A stretch of 64,000 nucleotides of DNA, taken from contig CM102283.1 of the NCBI GenBank assembly GCA_046563655.1, forward strand, positions 6,820,001-6,884,000, in the 5' to 3' direction. The notes under the pieces are model-generated. The model saw nothing but the letters and a program-made list of their open reading frames with translations. It was not told the DNA's origin and did not search any database. Source of the DNA: Yuukianura sp. NJ FZ-2021. Taxonomy: Eukaryota. The position numbers and the translations under genes are program-made. Of this stretch, positions 34,451 to 49,548 are shown piece after piece. Numbering within the stretch: the first letter of the stretch is position 1; every line of letters begins with the position of its first letter.

Positions 34451-37400
34451 ATGGCTCAACATCATGCGGGGCACCTCTTTGTCAAAAAGACGTTCCACAA
34501 GCCTACGTATTGTCATAGGTAAAACAATTCAAAAAATTAAAACTTAATTTTGCTGAAACTTAAACTGAGTTGTAAATATCGTGTCAATTTTGATTTCCAG
34601 TTGCACTGAATTCATTTGGGGCGTCATTCAACAAGGAAATATCTGTGAAGGTAACAATCATCGGTCTAAATCGAAGCAAATTAATTAAGAATTACCTCAA
34701 TTAGTACTCTACCGACATTCTAATTTGTGTAATTGTGTTTCACAGTATGCAACTTTGTAGTACACGACCGTTGTATCAAGTCTGTTTGTTCACCATGTTC
34801 AACTGTGGCAGTGTCTTATGTCAAGGTAGGCCCATTTCCCGCACTGTCTTAATCACAACATTTAGAACTTTGCGGAATTATTATGAAATTTGCTGTTATT
34901 TGCACATTTGCAGACTCCCGTGGCTCATTGCTGGTCTGAACCTGGTCATTTCAAGAAAAAATTCTGTCAAGTATGTCGCAAGCGTTTGGATGACCACTGG
35001 GCTGTTCGTTGTGAAAGTAAGAAGCTCAATATTCGAACGTGCTTTTTCGATCTTTTCGTTTTTCAAACGAATTAGGCACTTAATAACATTGTGTTTGTTT
35101 CAGTCTGCGAGTACTTTGTTCACGTGGACTGTGTTGAGTTGTCAGTGCCGCACTGCAAGGAATGTGCCACATATTTTCCGGGTCGTGAACTCTCTTCTGT
35201 TCGCCATTTACATCATTGGAGAGAAGGGAATTTGGCCTCGAATTCGAAATGTGCCGTATGTAAGAAATCCTGTTACTCCGATGTGTGTCTTACTGGCTAC
35301 CGGTGAGTCAATCAAAAAAAAATGCCGAAAGATAATTTTTCGAAATTTTGATAACTTTTTTGTTATTTGTGTATTTTTATAGTTGCGAATGGTGCGGAAT
35401 TACTGCTCATGCCACTTGTCACAAATCCTTGAGTCCAGAATGCAACTTTGGGATTTTCGAATCCATTTTCCTTCCACCTCATGCAGTCTCTATTCCAAGG
35501 ACGGAGGTTCCAATGGAAACAATCATCGGCGTGTCGTCGAAGAATCTCAAATCAAAAGACGCTCTTGCCAGGGAATTCGCTTGTCGTAAGTTCACGTTCA
35601 GTTAGCATCTAAGTACCTAGCAACCAACCTAGCAACAGTTTTAACACAATGTTCAATATGCACCACATAACAAGTAATACACGTACTTGCAACATGCATG
35701 CGCCCTTAAACCTTGTCGTTTGTGCTTGCACGATGCAATAATCTCAAATTTTAAAAATCACATGAGATTCTTTGTTGCTTTTCATTTGTTGATTTTGTTC
35801 TTTTTGCATTTTTTGTTGCAATATAGAGTGTATGAAGACCCATTTGTACGAAAAGAGGAAGAAAAGACGCAGATTCTTTCGGTACAAGGGCAAAGGTGAG
35901 AACTTCCAGTTTCTGCTGAGTTTTTTGCTAAGATTTGTCCAGCACATTGCCAAAATGCTTGTTGTCACACTTGCAAACACAGCTTGCTATGATTTTAATA
36001 TTGTAGAGTAGAATCGTAAACCTTTGATTTTGTTGAACACTTTTGCTTTGATTTTTAGCTCGGAGTATATCGGAGGAATTCAGTAGCGGTGACCGTGACA
36101 CGAAGCCTTTGACTAACCGTGGAGATTCAGAAAGCGATTCCTTTGGTGGGGCCTGCTCCACTGCCCCTGCCTCCAGCTCTGCATCAGCTGGAGGTGGGTC
36201 AAGCAGAGGTCATGAGAAGGATGGCAAGGAAAAAGACGAAGAAATGATCAAAGTGTATGACGGGAATCAAGGCGTTAGAAGACGACAGTTTAGAGTGATT
36301 CACATGTCACGGAGTGCAAACACTGATCAGGTCCTGGCCACTGCCCTCAAAGCATTTCACATCACTAAACCAACGAGTAATTACTATTTGACGGATGCTT
36401 ATGACGAGGAAGCAACTGTCACCGATCCCAATCCTCTCGGTAATCTAAAACGAAAAGAAGGCAAGAGACCCGCAGTTTTTCTTCGTTTTCGGTAAATTGT
36501 CACAAAAACTTAGCGCTACTTCGAATTTTTTGCTATTTTTTTTTGAACAATGGAAATGGAACTTTGGACTGATTATTTTTTTAATTTTTCAGTGAGGAAG
36601 AACGCTCTACCGGAGAAGTTCTAGTGTATTCCGGGCGACTTAAAACTGCACAGAGCGTTGCTACCATCCCAGTGACAGACGCAACAACGGTCTCTGATGT
36701 GATTGGTGCCGGTAGGTTACATATCTTCTGTAATGTTTTGAATTTTTGAAAATTTTGAAATTGGTTTTTGAAATTTTAAAATGATGTTTTCTTATTGTAG
36801 CCTTGGATCAGTTCGGACTTGATCCAGGTTCAAAACTCAACTATCGAATGCTAAAACTAGTTTTAGATAAAGGTAAGTTATGATTTTCGATTGAAATGGC
36901 ATAACTGAATCCATTGACCTTAAATGACCTAATACTTTTGAAATTTTTAGGGGGTGTTACGGAGCGTGTCCTTGACTTGGAGGAAAGGCCTTGGTTGATG
37001 CTAAAAGATCATGCGAGAGAATCTGTTCGTCAGATGGAGAATGTGCGATTCCATATGCAATTGGCCGAGGATCCACATGGGCCCACCGTAGCTCTCTTCG
37101 TAGGCAACCTTCCACCGAACCTCAGTCAGCGACAGTATGAAAAATGTTTGATGGACAATCTTGGAGAGGAGAATCGCTTTAGTTCCATTGGTCCCATTTA
37201 CTACGAGTATGGAAGTCTAGTAATTCAGTACGAAGATTCGGCATCCGCCGTAAGAGCTTTTTACATCCTCAGAGAATCAGCCTCCAATCAAGACGAAAAG
37301 AATCTGCTAGTGATGCTTCTGCCCAGCCTTGCACCGACTCTGATTCCACAAGGAGTGACACCTCTCCTTGTTTTTGTCAATGTCAAATCTGGAGGGTGTC

Positions 37401-38959
37401 AAGGGCTGGAACTAGTCACTGCGTTCAGGAAACTCCTCAACCCGTACCAAGTGTTTGACCTTGACAACGGTGGTCCACTTCCAGGTATATTCTTATTTTT
37501 GAATTTCAAAATGAAAAGTTAGTACATTAACTTTGTAGTTTGTAACTTTGAACTATTTTTGTCATAGGTCTCTACGTGTTTCGACATATAGAGTACTACA
37601 GAATTCTGGTATGCGGAGGTGACGGAACGATTGGGTGGGTTCTGCAGTGTCTGGACAACGTTGGACAAGACTCTCAGTGTTCCAGTCCGCCGTGTGCTAT
37701 TATCCCATTGGGCACTGGAAACGACTTGGCCCGAGTTCTGCGATGGGGTTCTGGATACACTGGTGGGGAAGATGCAATGACGCTCCTCAAAGATGTCATT
37801 GACGCTGAGGAGATTCGGCTCGATCGCTGGACTGTCGTGTTTCATCCGGATGAAAAGGCCGAGGAGAAAGTCGTTGTCAATCAAGCACGTAAGTTTACAT
37901 TTTAGGACTTTATATGATGAGATGAGAACAATTCAATGTAGAAGTTGTGTTGTTTCCAGTGCAAATTGTCTCAAACTCACAAAGTGAGGACAACACGGCC
38001 ATTTACGTAATGAACAATTACTTTGGCATTGGAATCGATGCAGACCTGTGCCTCGATTTTCATAATGCTCGAGAGGAAAATCCAAACAAGTTCAATTCTC
38101 GCCTACACAATAAAGGCGTCTATGTCAAAATGGGTCTCAGGAAAATGGTCTCAAGAAAAATGTGCAAAGATCTCCATAAAGAGATTCGAGTAGAAGTTGA
38201 CGGGAAGCTGATTGAACTTCCGCCGGTCGAAGGAATTATAATTCTCAACATTCTCAGGTATGAAAAACCTCAAATAGTTTGATATCCAGGTCAATTTGAC
38301 TAAAAATTGTTTCAATTTCAGTTGGGGCTCTGGTGCAAATCGTAAGTCTCTAATTCAAAATTTTATTTGATTCCAGTTTTTGAAAAACTGGACATTGAAT
38401 TATTGAAATTTGACATTGACGAATTCTTATTTTTGTTTGTAGCTTGGGGTCCTGAGCGTGAGGATCATTTTTCAAAACCCAACCATTGGGACGGAATACT
38501 CGAAGTGGTTGGTGTCACTGGTAAGAAAAATGTGCTAAAATTAAGTAATTAATATAATAACTTAATAATTAACTTATGTTTTGTGTTTAGGAGTTGTCCA
38601 CTTGGGCCAAATTCAATCCGGACTCCGGTCGGCTATTAGAATAGCGCAAGGCGGGCACATCAAGATTCGCATCAACACTGACATGCCTGTCCAAGTGGAT
38701 GGGGAACCTTGGGTACGTTACTCTTCCAACAAAACGACTAAGATGCTTTTCAAGTTTGCAAGTTGTTTTTAAATTGTTTTAGGTGCAAACTCCTTGTGAT
38801 GTCGTGGTATTAAAATCTGCCCTGCGAGCAACCATGCTAAAGAAGACAAAGATGAAACGTCGGAATACGGAGGCCGTGATGTCGCCGTTGGTCGCCTCTT
38901 GCCCCTCTCCCACTCCTCCCTCGTCATCAGCCTCCCATCAACAATCAACTGACGAGTAA
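34451..38959 (+). CDS. DGKQ: Diacylglycerol kinase theta
   Basis: Many exons. Three C1 domains ([36 protein letters not shown]), RA-like regions, RRM-like LFVGNLPP, catalytic [44 protein letters not shown] and PVQVDGEPW. Confidence 0.95.
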
Positions 38960-41489
38960 GCACATTACATCTCCCGATTCAAACTCTGTCAAGCGACGAC
39001 GTCATTCATCTTATAACTTTGAAAACGTTTCATTCTAAAATCATCTCACCTACCTGAAGCAAACATTGGCCATACTAAACAATCATTAACGTTCATTTGG
39101 GTTTTAATGTTGGTCAGTAGTCGTACTTTCCCGCGATTTCCGCCGATTATTAGTCAATCACACGAAACCGACAATGCGAATTTACTCCTCTAGTCACAAA
39201 TCGTTCAACTAACTTTTAAGTTAACTTTGCTTTGACAAATCTTGCTTTTAAGCATTTTACAATCATGAGTCAGGGTTTACTTTTTAATTTAGTAAGCATT
39301 CCATGGTTATACAAAAGTAATACTGAAAGTAACAGGTTATTCAATTTTATAGTTCCAGTTACACTAACAATCGTTAACTTAAAGTTCTCAATCTGAACTT
39401 TTTTTCAAAATCGGTTTTTGAAAAATCTCGTTTTTAGAAATCTCAGTTTGAAATCGGATCTTCACTTAACAAAAGCACTATAATTTGCACTTGTTGAGCC
39501 TATAGTCTTCGTTCTAGTATTTTGGATTAATTGAGTAACAAACTTAAAAGACAATTTCTCCCTTTCCCTTGCTAGCGTGCACCATTTTCAAAAAAAATGC
39601 TAGCTTCCGCAAAGTTTTTAATAACGAAAAAACATAACAAGATGCCAAAATGAGAAAAAATTAACTTTAAAAAAAATAAATTTCAGTATTAACATATTAA
39701 TGTAAAACGGTCAATTCATATTTTTATTCAACTTGCAAAAAAAAAGTTAAAAGGAAATGTGTTGAAAATTGATCTGCTAAATTTGGATTTTATTCAAAGT
39801 TGAGTTAATTTATGATTTCTTATGCTAATAAGCCAACTCAAAATGATTTATTCTTATTGTCAATTATTTATTATAATTATTATTAATCTCTCCTGCACCA
39901 AAACTAATTAATTATTGTTCCTTCCCCTCTCCAAAAAGTAACTTAAGTTAAGCTAAAACGTGTGTTAAATTTAGTTTTAACCCGTATGGTTTCAACTTTT
40001 TTGGGTTTCACTTTTTACAAAGTTAAATCTTCTTAATGAATTGCTTTTAGATATTTAGCTTGTAAGAAATCGTACAATTCAGTCCTTGGATTATTTGGTT
40101 AAATGCCGCAGTTTAATTGTCGGCAAGAAAAGAGCGGCAAAACTTAAAAAATGTCAACGTTTTTTCCATAATGGAAAAGAAAAAAAAGTTTCCCGCCTTT
40201 ACCTGATTTTAATTCGCTCTCATTTTTATTATTTAAAAAATTGACCTGTTCCATAAGGTTAAATCTTAAAAATAACCAAGGGAGTGATTTTTTCTAGTCC
40301 TGGGTCATAGGTCAACTGGACTTAAGCTAATGTCATGCGGGTGGTCACTAACCAAGGGGGCCCTTAAGTGGAGCCCTTGACAAAGTTAAGTGGACCGAGT
40401 AACGTTTCCATAGCCACTGGAATCCGGTGGGGCCTTCGTATTGCCCCACGGCTGATTTCCGGTTAAAATTGTTAAAATCGTTTCTTGAGAATTTGCAGTT
40501 TTCACTTGTGATGGGAAGTAAGGGGCTCAAACTTTTTACTTTCTTCGGCATAGTCAAGATCAATTTGAATTTGGTGGAATTTTGAAAAACTTTTTAAGGT
40601 CAATGACCTCAAAAAAAAAGTTTTTCAGAATGGTTTATGTTTAAAAAATGGTGGGAAATGCGATGAAAGTGAAAAGTATTTACTTTCCAACTACCACTAG
40701 TGAAAACTGTGAACAAGGAATGAAAAATGAACTTTTTTTTTCAAATAATCCCCGATTTCCCGCCAATCCAAAGTTGCCCCCCAATCAAAGGTCAAAGGTT
40801 AACTGACTTTTAGGGCTACAACTTGTATAACGAGACACACAATTCCCTTAAGTTTAATTAATTAAATTAGTTAACAATTAATTCAGAATAAACCCATGAT
40901 CATTACCTAGAGACGAATGGAAGTGGCAAAAACAGTTAAGGTGAAGATGCGAATGGGCCTAGCTAGTGTTAACTTAATCTTAAACCTTACAAAAACTCAC
41001 ATCAGTGTCAATTCTATTTAAATTCTAAACTGAAGCAATTACTTTGTTTAAGGCTTTAGGAAAACGTCTGGAATGAGAGTATTATAAACTTATGAATTAT
41101 TATGATTATTATTATATTAACACAGATATTGCATTACTGTCAAAAATGAAATATTATTACTATCAATTATACAAAACAAAAACTGTAAAACCTAAAAAAC
41201 TTAAGTGGTGAACTTAACTTATTAAAGTCTAGAACAAAATCAGCTTCCATTTCACCTTGCACCAATTTTTTTGTGAGGATTTATTTTAAGAGCTTGCTTT
41301 TACATTTTCATTTTTTCAAGTGAGGAGAATTCGACAATTACGAAATTTTTCATTTTTGATGAAAGTCGAGTATTTGCTCCATTACAAAACATAAATATTG
41401 TCGTTTTTTCTATGTTGAATTTTGAGCCCTTTGATTGGTTGATTTGATGAGTGATTGAGTTGATAATGAAGAGTCGTGGAAGGCAGTGT

Positions 41490-43325
<1,836 letters not shown>

Positions 43326-43626
43326 CCCGTGTGGTTACAAAAACTTAACAAATGTAAAAGTTAAGAGATAAACTAAACGCTTTTTCAGTACATTACAAAA
43401 AGAAGTGATGTTTTCCTCCAGAATATTAAAAAATAGATGGATAAAATTTATTTTGTGTTCTCTTGTGATAAAAAGTCGTCAGGGATTTAAAAAGTTTTTT
43501 TTAAAGTTCTAAAACACCGCTAACTGATTTCACAGTTTGTTGCCACGGCGTTTCAAAACAAATTGGCGCGGTTATTCGAAAAGTGATAAATGCGAATTAT
43601 GCAAACCTCTGAACACATTTTGCGTC

Positions 43627-46600
43627 TTATTTGTTCTTAGGCAGTGCGTCCATGCCATCGTGCATGTCTTGCTCATCGTCACTGCTACTTAGCCTTTCTA
43701 CTGGAATTGGCCAGCGTGTAATTCCAGCAGCAAGGAGCATGGCTCTCATGGATTCTGGCAAATAGGCGACTCCTGGTTCAGGTTCGTGTTGTACCGGATG
43801 AGCAACAATCAGCGGCTTGACATCTTCTCCAGAAAGTCCAGTTTCTGGAGTTATCGTTGAGCTTGGTGGATCGGGATCCGAATTTTCAATTTTGCTTCCC
43901 AAGGCATTAAGATGTCGCAAATCTTGATAGTACAGGGCCAGTATAGACGATGAATCACAAGATATAATTTTGGGAAGTGGAAGACGGAAAGCAGTTTTGG
44001 GTACGTTTGACTCCATTGGCTCCAGCTCATCTTCTGTTATGCTGCAACTGCTGGCTGATTCCGAGTCACTTTCAGCATTGGGTTGCCCAGTTGAAAGTGT
44101 TCTGGGAGATTTTTTGCTAGACTGTGAGGGTGATAGAGTTTGGTCTTCATCAGAATCAGAAGATGAGGCGGATGACTCCGAAGTAGCAAGGCCAGCACGG
44201 TTGTTTCCTCCAAACAGTTCTTGAAGATTCCATATCCGAACAGTATTGTCTTCAAATGCTGCTGCCAGCATGTTTCTAGAAACGGCAAGTCGTCGACAAG
44301 GTGCAGACCCCATTGGACTCGGTAAGTCAGCTTCTGTTTCTCCTCTAGCGATATCCCAAATCCGAATAAAAGAATCCTCGCCTACAATTCAAAAACAAAA
44401 AGGACATGAAACAACAATTCTGGTCTAATTTTTTTGAAAGTTTGTTAAAGTTTGAGATTACCGCCACCAATAATGTATTTCCCGCTTTCATGGAAGGCAA
44501 TTGCTGAGAGTCCACTAGTAGCTCCAGTAAATATCCGAACCAAGTTCCCATCTCCGATAGTCCAAAGTCGAATAGACTTGTCCACCGATCCGGTTGCGAC
44601 GTAGGCTTCGTTTGGATGGAATTTAACACACTACAAAAAATTACAGAAAATTAGGAATTACAGAAACAGCAGCTCCGCCGTTCAACTTGGTTCATTCACA
44701 TCATTGATCTTACATCAATGTCAAAGTAATGCCCGGCCAAAAGACGCACGAATTCCGTCTTCTCCGGTAACCAAATTCGAGCTGACGTGTCCATTGAGCC
44801 GGTGGCTATCATGTGACCTGTATCCGTGATGTCCATGCACCATATTGGAAAGCTATGGCCTCTAAAACACCAAAAATTTCTTTCAATTTACAAGAATTAA
44901 CACTGTTAAATGAATTTCTGATGGTTTTTTGCTTACCGATAGACACAGCGACAACTAAAAGTGTTCAAATCCCATGCTCTGAGAGTGCAATCTTGTCCAA
45001 CTGAAAACAGAAGGCGTGTCCTGGGATGAAACTGCAAGTCATACACTGGTCCCTCGTGTCCAAACATGGAGTTGATCATTTTAGCCTTGGTGTCTTCTGT
45101 TTCCTCATCCGAGGAATCCGATACGTCCAAAGTTGAGGTTCCCGTTCCAAAAGACGTCGCAGTACCATTTTCGTTGTTCATTTCCTTAAAAGTTCGCTTC
45201 CTATGCTTTGACCTTCGTATACTTGATTCGTTTTTTCTCAGGGCCTTCTCCATGTTAAATCGTTCCAAATCCCTTTGTGTCGAAAAACAAACGTTTATCA
45301 CAGACGTGGACATCCCAAACGCAAACATGGTTCCTTGTGCAGAAATCGCAGCAGAAACTGGTCTAAAATCAAAACACAAAAACTTGATTGCAATTTGAAA
45401 GTTTCAAAATTCATCAACCTAAGTTTTAGTTCGAAAAATTACCGTCCATTGAGCGTATGAAGATGAATTGACGGAATATTTGCTTCAACACTGTTTCGTA
45501 AGTGGTATATTGCCTTCCTCGTAGAAAAATTAATAGTTTCGTCTCGGTTCGTCACATTTCCCGCCAGAGCTGCTTGTTCAGCCTTATCAAATAAAATGCC
45601 ACCAAATGGCGGTGGAATTGGATGACGGTCGGGAGTGGTCGGTGTGACTTGCTTCCTTGAAGCAGCCGAATAAGCTACTGATATGTTAGTCGAAATTGAT
45701 TTCGATTCAAGGTCGTACTTCTCAACATCGTCATCTGTCGGTGGCTCATAAATCCTCTCTATCAGCTCAGCAGTTTCCTTAAGTTGAATCACGAATTTGC
45801 AGGCGAAGAGATGTGTGAGAACACGAGACTTGCGTTGAATCAGAAATCGTTTCAGTTTTTCAAAAACAGCTTCACTGAGTATGAAATGAGGCTCATCTGG
45901 CTGAATCTTTTGCAGGTATTCACTGGACTGTATAGCAAAAGCATGACAAACAATTAGTAATTGTATGACAAAAAAGTTATGAAGATTAAAATCGTAGTGA
46001 GATTACCGAGAGTGAGCCATTGTTGACAATCCCAGACAGATTTGTAAAAATGTTAAGCGCTTCTTGAGATCGGTCTTCTTGGAAGAATCGTTTAGCAAAC
46101 GAGGTGAATAATTTTGTTGAAATTTTTGAGATCCCGTTCCGTGAACAATCATAGAAAAAGTATAAAAGCATAGGTACTAAAACTGGTTTCAGTTCTAATC
46201 CATACTGCGGGAATTTTTCTTTTAGTTTTACATAAAACTCCCAGAATCTGTTTAAAAAATCGATTGTTTAGTCAAGTTTAATAAAATTGTTGTCATTTTG
46301 CCACTCGTTTGCATAATGGTGATCTTACCTCTCAATTTCTTCCGGTACTTCTTGGGGTTCATATAGAGGGCCGTACACAATTGAATTTAGCCTGTATACT
46401 TCCGGATTAATTGTGCTTGCGTATATCTCCTTAGAAATTGTTTCTTCCGTGAACTGTAAAAAGTACAAAAGTAACAACATCATTACTGGACTCAATAGAA
46501 GTTTCAAATGTTATGGAAAGTGCTTACATCCCGGATTCCATCTTGTTTTCTTAGGTACTCATCAACATTATCTCGAACGAAATGTTCCAAGGTCTTCTCT

Positions 46601-47238
46601 GGTTCTACATCGTCCATTTTACGTTCTCCAACCTTAGCTTCCACCTTGGACTTGAATCGCTTCCGACGATTTTGCTGTTGTATAGCTTTGTCACTACTAG
46701 CGTTTCTTTGGTTTTGCTGAAGACAAGTCGCATCCTTCGAGCCTTCAGAATCAGTCACCCCGTTCCTGCTCTCGTCGTCAGCAGAAGAGCCACTGTCTTC
46801 ACTGCCTGAAGAGTTGTCATCATCGTCGCTGTTGGAAGAAGATGATGAACTATCCGCTGCCCCATTATTGTTTACTTCCATTGAAGAAGTTATGACTCCA
46901 CTACCAGCAATCACCATAACTTTTTCAACACCGCTCCCCACGTCATCGTAGTTATTTGTCAAAGGGATAAAATATGGTTGCACTCCTTCAGATGCCGGAC
47001 ATGTCTCGACTATCTCTTCGTCTTGATCCATAGGTTCACATTTGTACAATGTAAGCGATTCAGAAGATGGATTCCCAAGGAGAGAGGCTATTTCTTCCGT
47101 TCCAGCATACTGTTGATGGTCGTCAAGAAATCCATTGACATTGACAGCTGAGCCAAACGTTTCTGGATCCGGTATACTGAATTGAAGGATTTGCTCTTCT
47201 TCGCCTTCGATTTTTACACTTATCATTTTATTGGCCAT
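43627..47238 (-). CDS. TAF5/TAF5L-like WD40 protein (divergent, acidic N- and C-terminal extensions)
   Basis: About eight exons. NTD2-like ELKPVLVPMLLYFF, then WD40 repeats GHEGPVYDLQF..QDCTLRAWDL, YRGHSFPIWCMDI..ATGSMDTSARIW, AGH..DIDCVKFHPN..YVATGSVDKSIRLW and GEDSFIRIWDIA.G, all typical of the TAF5 family. Confidence 0.85.
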
Positions 47239-49405
47239 CTTCCCGGTCGGTTCTCGGATCCCTGCAAGTAAAAATCAAAATCAATTAAATTGAGTAAACA
47301 AAAACCAATGTATTCAGACTTCTTACAGAAGTATTTATCAAAAGTAGGTCGATCGCGTGTCGTATATAGTTAGACGATAAATAACGTCTAGTAATAAATG
47401 TGAAATTACCTGTGTACCGTAAGTAATTTATGTTATTAGAGTTTTATCCTACTTGGAGCCATAATGGTTAATCGCTGGTGAGCTTCCTTCATTACTAATT
47501 GCTTGATTTAATTAAAATAACTTTGAATTTTGAAATTATGAATGACAGTTTTACTTTTAACTTCTTTTTTTTAGATTCAACTTTTTTCCCCATTCATTCC
47601 CTATTTTCTCCGTTTGAATCAGCTGAGCCGCGAAATTTCTCAAAACAGAAGGATTTCATGTGTTATTTTTTGCTTTTCCGTTTTTTACATTTTCAATTTC
47701 TAATTTGATCTCAAAAAAGCGAAAAGAGAGTTAATTTTGTTCAAGAATTGACATTTTGGTTGCAGATAAGATCAGCATCAATTTAAATTCCAGTATCACA
47801 GGTGGAAAACGGTGCTGACATTCTTTGCTTGCTTTTATTTCTAACAATAAGAAACCATTGTATTATTTTACCCATTACGTTAGCAGACTTGAATTGCTGT
47901 ATTTAATCGATTTAATAACGTGTCCAATTTCTTATCAACAGATTACATCTCCGGAGGATGTCGTAACTTATTTTCGGTAAACTCATTGCAGTGACTACAG
48001 TCCAACGTTATTCAATTGGAAGAATGGGGTGATCCAAAGCAATGCCAAAAACAGTATACCATCAGACCAGCGACAACGCAAGTACAAAGTAAACAGTAGA
48101 AAGTAAAATAATCAATCGCCTACATTGTGGAGTGGTGGGCACACGCACAGTACCAACATTCATGCATCATTCATCAAGTCCATAAAGGTATGTTTATGTT
48201 TACTGTTTTAGTTATGATTTTGATTTTGTATTTACGTCTCCAACTCCAAGTTGTAACAGTTACGATCGCTGCTAGGAACAGGAGTTACTGCAACGTTTGC
48301 TCTCGAGTCATCTCGGACAGGACGAAATTCATTAGACAAACTGCCAAGTCTGCAGTGTGACAGTGCCAATGTCAGATAACGACGATGACGAATCACTCAT
48401 TCCAGAACGATTTGGTAGTCATTTAGTCCACGATGTCCAAAGCATTTTAGTCAATATGTTTACATTGACTTCAGAACGAGTAATAAGGAAGTGTTTCTTT
48501 ATGTTTGGTTGTTTGTCACCAACTTTGATAAGAAAGAAATGCTTAAGTTGAAGTAACTAAATGGCCATCTCTGTTGAATCATCACGATCATGCTTTCTGT
48601 TAAACTGTAAGTGTCTTCAAGCCCCATGACGCTGACAGCCCAATGATTTTTCTCAAGTTCGTTAAGACATTCACTTCCTTGAGAGAATTTACCTAACCCG
48701 TGTCACGTAGTTTAAAGTTTTAAGTTGCTTTTTCAGCGTCTGTATGATCTTTTGACCTCCAAATCGTACTGGAAATCTGTCCATCCCATTTTTTCTTATC
48801 AATTTTTAGCCATATCAACAATTCCCCCTTGTTGATGCTTCAGCATAACAAAAGTGTTTAGAAGAGCTCACAGAACTGTAAATTGTGTCTGTGGCGAAGG
48901 TTGTATCGAGGACGTCTCAGTAAAAATTCAGTTAAGTTTCCAATCAATCGGTGCCATCCAATTTTTGATAGACAATTTCGTGGAGCAGAATTAATTTGTG
49001 CTTGTCCTTGGTAAGTCTTTCTTTTCTTAACACTGGAAATGTCTAGCTGACACGAAAGTAATATACTGGTTGTTGGACTTTGGATGTAATTAGTCAAAAG
49101 TGAAAAAGTGATTCTGATTTCGTATTTTTTAAGTCAACAGTAGTTGAGTAGTTTGGCCACCATCGCTGGAACTACTAATCTAAAGAGTATCCTAGGAGTC
49201 ACAAGGTTCTAAGTACAAGGATACACGGGAAATAATCAAAATTGATTCTAATATCTTCCATTTTATTCCATTGATTGTAACACTCTGTTCCAGGATACAA
49301 GAAAACTTTTCTCCAATGTTTTAAAACACGAAAGTCAGGGGGTTTGACTTTGAGCAGAACTTCAATTTTCAGTTGTGTCCTTACACGGACTTGCTCCAGA
49401 AAAAC

Positions 49406-49413
49406 CTATATAA
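49406..49413 (+). promoter_or_regulatory. TATA box of NAPRT (putative)
   Basis: CTATATAA about 30 bp upstream of an Inr-like TTAGTT (~49440) and ~140 bp before the ATG. Confidence 0.5.
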
Positions 49414-49548
49414 GCTCCTTTCCCTACGAAATCTGCAGCTTAGTTTGCTGAATTCAAGCGGTCGAATCAGCATCTAGCCTCCAGAGAATTTGTGATTTCT
49501 ACGGTGGTTTTTTCTTTGGTTGACAGCAATTACGGTCTAATTTTCACC

